From: a bacterium
GTDB taxonomy: Bacteria > Bacteroidota > Ignavibacteria > UBA10030
Direction of reading: 5' to 3'
DNA: 64,000 nucleotides
Assembly: GCA_043803945.1 (NCBI GenBank)
Contig: JAZDJN010000095.1
Span: 72,542 to 136,541, forward strand
The notes below the pieces were generated by a model that was given only the letters and a program-made list of their open reading frames with translations, made no database searches and was not told the origin of the DNA. A program made the translations under genes and the position numbers. This document shows, piece after piece, positions 60,329 to 64,000 of the stretch. How positions within the stretch are numbered: position 1 is the stretch's first letter; each line of letters opens with the position of its first letter.

Positions 60329-63300
60329 AAAAGAAAGCATTGTTACGAAACACTCTATTTGTAACGGTGGTGATACTGTCTACCTCGGCCATGTTCGCTC
60401 AACTTGATACCGCCCTCTTCAGCGGGATGAAAGCCAGAAGCATCGGTCCCGCCGGAATGAGCGGCCGTATTGCAGCTATTGATGCTGTGGTCTCGAATCC
60501 CGAGATCATCTATGCCGGCGCAGCGACTGGAGGTATCTTCAAATCGACAAATGCCGGGATGTCCTGGAAACCATTGTTTGACCAGCAGCCCGTTGCAGCC
60601 ATTGGTGCACTGGCAATCTATCAGGTTAATCCCTCTATTATATGGGCGGGGACCGGTGAGGGAAATCCCCGTAACAGTGCAAGCGTCGGCAACGGAATCT
60701 ATAAATCGATTGATGCCGGAGATACATGGACACATATGGGTCTTGATTTCACAGAGCGTATTCACCGTATCATCACACATCCCGGCGATCCGAATATCGT
60801 GTACGCTGCTGCAATGGGAAGAATGTGGGGTGAAAATCCCGAGCGCGGAGTTTTTAAAACGGCCGATGGCGGAAAGACATGGAAGAAAATTTTCTATGTC
60901 AACGAGAAAACGGGATGCGCCGAGTTGGTCATTGATCCCCTCAATCCCAATAAGCTCTTCGCGGCTATGTGGGAATACCGTCGCTGGCCATGGTTCTTCA
61001 AATCGGGCGGTCCCGGAAGCGGCCTGTTTGTTACCTACGATGGCGGAGAAAACTGGAAACGGCTTACTGAAAAGGAAGGATTACCCCCGGGCGAGCTTGG
61101 CAGAATCGGAATCGCAGTCTCGAAAAATGTACCCGATGTGGTGTATGCTCTCATCGAGTCAAAGAAAAATGCCCTATACCGATCCGACGATGGGGGAAGA
61201 ACGTGGGACATGATTAATAACTCGTCGAACGTTGCTCCACGTCCCTTCTACTATGCAGAAATTTATCTTGATCCCCGGAATGAAAACCGCCTTTATAATC
61301 TCCATTCCGGATTACAGGTAAGCAATGATGGTGGAAAATCGTTTTCCACGATTGCAAACCGAATCCATTCTGATCATCATGCCTTGTGGCTTCATCCCGG
61401 CGATGGCGACCTGCTGATCGACGGGAACGATGGGGGCATTGCGATCAGCCGCGATCAGGGTCGTTCATGGCAGTTCGTTGAAAACCTGCCGCTCGGTCAG
61501 TTCTATCATATCAGTGTCGATATGGAAGTCCCCTACAATGTCTATGGAGGGATGCAAGACAATGGCTCATGGCGGGGGCCAAGTGATGTATGGGAGAATG
61601 GCGGAATCCGGAACTGGCACTGGAATGAAGTCGGCTTTGGCGATGGCTTTGCCGTTTTGGTCGATGCTTCCAACCCGAGCTTTGGATATTCAATGTCGCA
61701 AGGCGGCGGCCTTATTCGCTTCAACACAAAAACAGGAGAACGAAAAGATATCCGGCCGTGGGGCCCTCGGGGCATCAAACTCCGCTTTAACTGGAATGCC
61801 GCCATAGCGCAGGATCCCTTCGATCCACAGACGATTTACTACGGAAGCCAGTTTGTTCATATGAGCACAAATCGCGGCAACGATTGGGTAATGATCAGCC
61901 CAGACCTGACAACAAATGATTCTACCAAACAAAAGCAGAATGAGAGCGGAGGGTTGACGCTGGATGTTACGGCAGCGGAAAATCACACAACCATTGTGAC
62001 TATTGCCCCAAGCCCTGTTCAGCGGGGAATCATCTGGATTGGAACCGATGACGGGAACGTTCAAGTAACACAAGACGGCGGCAAGACCTGGAACAATGTG
62101 ATCGAGAAAATTCCCGATGTTCCCAAAAACACATGGGTGCCGCATATCGAAGCGTCAAAGTACGATGCCGGAACAGCGTACGTGGTGTTTGACGATCACC
62201 GCAGGAGTAACTGGAAAACCTATCTGGTAAAAACAACGGACTTTGGAAAAAGCTGGAGCAGTCTGACCAAAAATGATCCGACAATCTCGTCCCGAAATAA
62301 AAAAGAACAATGGGGATATGGGTTGGTCGTTGAGCAGGATCCGGTGAATAAACAACTGCTGTACTTTGGAACCGAGTTTGGGCTGTGGATCAGTACCGAC
62401 GATGGGAAGAACTGGATGAAGTGGACCAATGGTTTTCCGACTGTCTCAACGATGGCGCTCATGGTTCATCCCCGGGATAATGATCTGGTTATCGGTACCC
62501 ATGGACGATCGGCATATATCCTTGATGATGTAAAGCCGCTGCAATTGAGCAGCAAGGAGACGTTTGAAAAGCCGCTCCATCTGTTCAAGATTTCAAAGAC
62601 AGTACTCCATCAAACCAAACAGGTGGATGGATATCATTTTCCTGGCGATGCGATGTTCCGTGGAGAAACAAAATCATACGGAGCGATGATCAACTTCAGT
62701 GTGAATCCTTCTCAGGATATGGTTACAGGAGGAACAATGAGATCCCCGGGTCGTGCCGGAGAATCGGAAGAGTCGGATACGACAACGATGACACGCGGCA
62801 GAGATTCAATTCGGGCACGCATTGAGGTTGCTGATCTGAACGGAAAACTTGTCCGAAACTTTGATGCTCCCGTGAAGAAAGGTATCAACAGGGTAGTATG
62901 GAATTTGCGGATGAACGGAGTGCGTTCACAGAGGGGCGGTCAAGGGGGGCGTGGCGGTGCGGCAGCCGGAGGTCAGGCAGCAGGGCGAGTTGGGGGAACC
63001 CGAGGCGGTGGTGGGGGTGAAGGGTTTACTCCGGCAGGACCGGAAGTACCGGCAGGTACCTATATCGTCAAAATAAAAATTGGGAAATACGAAGCATCCG
63101 ATACTGTTGAAGTTATTCCGGATCCGCGGACGAACTATTCTGTTGAAGCACACAAGAAACAGATTGAGATGATACAGAACATTGGGCAGCGGACAGAGAT
63201 TCTTTCCGAGGTCAGCAACCGGATATCGACGATTCAGCGCGTGATTGATGCGGTCATTGAACAGGTGCGGGATCAGCGATCAGCGGCTGCCAGGGAGTTG

Positions 63301-63648
63301 ACACCGGCAGCGAATGAACTGAAACGGAAAGTGCAAGCGGTATCAGACCTGTTTACAGACAACCCGGTACGCGACCAGGGAACCGTGCGCTCACAAACAA
63401 CGGTTTCTTCGCTGATAAACGGTGTTATGCGCTCATTGACCACCTCCTATGAGGCTCCGTCGACGACACATGAAATTAACCTGAAACAGGCTGAAGCAAA
63501 AATGGAAGAGGCGCTGAAAAAATTCAATCAGCTTTTTGCCGAAGATGTACCGGCGTTTCGGCAAAAAGTCGAGGCAGCGAAACTTTCGCTCTTTCAGGAA
63601 TATGAACCGCTGGATATGAATTGGAAACCGAGAAGACGGGAGCAATAA
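60325..63648 (+). CDS. Secreted VPS10/BNR-repeat (sortilin-like) glycosyl hydrolase-like protein
   Basis: RSIGPAGMSGRI, many S/TxDxGxTW Asp-box repeats, GTHGRS motif. Confidence 0.9.
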   Translation: MKKKALLRNTLFVTVVILSTSAMFAQLDTALFSGMKARSIGPAGMSGRIAAIDAVVSNPEIIYAGAATGGIFKSTNAGMSWKPLFDQQPVAAIGALAIYQVNPSIIWAGTGEGNPRNSASVGNGIYKSIDAGDTWTHMGLDFTERIHRIITHPGDPNIVYAAAMGRMWGENPERGVFKTADGGKTWKKIFYVNEKTGCAELVIDPLNPNKLFAAMWEYRRWPWFFKSGGPGSGLFVTYDGGENWKRLTEKEGLPPGELGRIGIAVSKNVPDVVYALIESKKNALYRSDDGGRTWDMINNSSNVAPRPFYYAEIYLDPRNENRLYNLHSGLQVSNDGGKSFSTIANRIHSDHHALWLHPGDGDLLIDGNDGGIAISRDQGRSWQFVENLPLGQFYHISVDMEVPYNVYGGMQDNGSWRGPSDVWENGGIRNWHWNEVGFGDGFAVLVDASNPSFGYSMSQGGGLIRFNTKTGERKDIRPWGPRGIKLRFNWNAAIAQDPFDPQTIYYGSQFVHMSTNRGNDWVMISPDLTTNDSTKQKQNESGGLTLDVTAAENHTTIVTIAPSPVQRGIIWIGTDDGNVQVTQDGGKTWNNVIEKIPDVPKNTWVPHIEASKYDAGTAYVVFDDHRRSNWKTYLVKTTDFGKSWSSLTKNDPTISSRNKKEQWGYGLVVEQDPVNKQLLYFGTEFGLWISTDDGKNWMKWTNGFPTVSTMALMVHPRDNDLVIGTHGRSAYILDDVKPLQLSSKETFEKPLHLFKISKTVLHQTKQVDGYHFPGDAMFRGETKSYGAMINFSVNPSQDMVTGGTMRSPGRAGESEESDTTTMTRGRDSIRARIEVADLNGKLVRNFDAPVKKGINRVVWNLRMNGVRSQRGGQGGRGGAAAGGQAAGRVGGTRGGGGGEGFTPAGPEVPAGTYIVKIKIGKYEASDTVEVIPDPRTNYSVEAHKKQIEMIQNIGQRTEILSEVSNRISTIQRVIDAVIEQVRDQRSAAARELTPAANELKRKVQAVSDLFTDNPVRDQGTVRSQTTVSSLINGVMRSLTTSYEAPSTTHEINLKQAEAKMEEALKKFNQLFAEDVPAFRQKVEAAKLSLFQEYEPLDMNWKPRRREQ

Positions 63649-63781
63649 ACAAGAGGATTTCTGTGCCACAGTGGAGAACCCGCAGCAGAAACTTGGACGA
63701 AATGTTCAACCACTGTGTCGTCTGTTTGGTGGATCAGCCTCTGGCTGAGAGGAACACAAAGGATAAAATGAATGTAAATTG

Positions 63782-64000
63782 GTAATTACTCAGCGTAATA
63801 TTCCCAGCTACGAGGCAATTTGCATTTCTAACATGGTGTCATAGAACTTGATTAATGGATCCTAGAAACCTGGCCGAAAAGTTAAGAACATAATCAAACC
63901 ACAAAGTTCACCAAGGACACAAAGGAAAAGCTGTTGAATTGATTAAATTTTTAAGAGCTCTTTTCTCTTTCTTAATCTTCGAGTCCTTAGTGTCCTTCGT
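63782..64000. mobile_element. Probable second MITE copy, truncated by window edge
   Basis: Identical 12-mer GTAATTACTCAG at 63782, followed by periodic inverted arms ACCACAAAGTTCACCAAGGACACAAAG / CTTCGAGTCCTTAGTGTCCTTCGT. Confidence 0.55.

Overview
A 64-kb bacterial chromosomal window, most likely from the Ignavibacteria/Bacteroidota-Chlorobi group. This is inferred from T9SS cargo and PorV-family genes, DUF2851 and the purN-purH-mreBCD-mrdA-rodA synteny. Most of it is housekeeping: pxpBCA with an MFS permease, lon, dnaX, pyrF, dxr-rseP, mre/mrd, thrABC, purNH and an LD-carboxypeptidase. Six things stand out. (1) A four-gene putative trans-envelope cAMP signalling locus (24.2-32.3 kb): a secreted Ig-like protein, a FecR protein with four repeated domains, an outer-membrane barrel carrying a fifth copy of that domain, and a CHASE2 adenylate cyclase. 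(2) An AT-richer accessory island (48.7-58.1 kb) with an intact tyrosine recombinase flanked by orphan gene tails, surface proteins and a highly divergent sigma-like/Zn anti-sigma-like pair. (3) A 201-bp MITE with 12-bp TIRs and an exact 8-bp target duplication, a probable second copy at the right edge, and related 9-11-bp periodic repeats. (4) thrABC sitting between mreC and mreD. (5) An HNH nuclease whose expected catalytic His is Tyr. (6) A YhcG nuclease missing its catalytic core. No rRNA, intact tRNA, CRISPR array or reverse transcriptase was seen. All family calls come from motif recognition by eye, not database searches.
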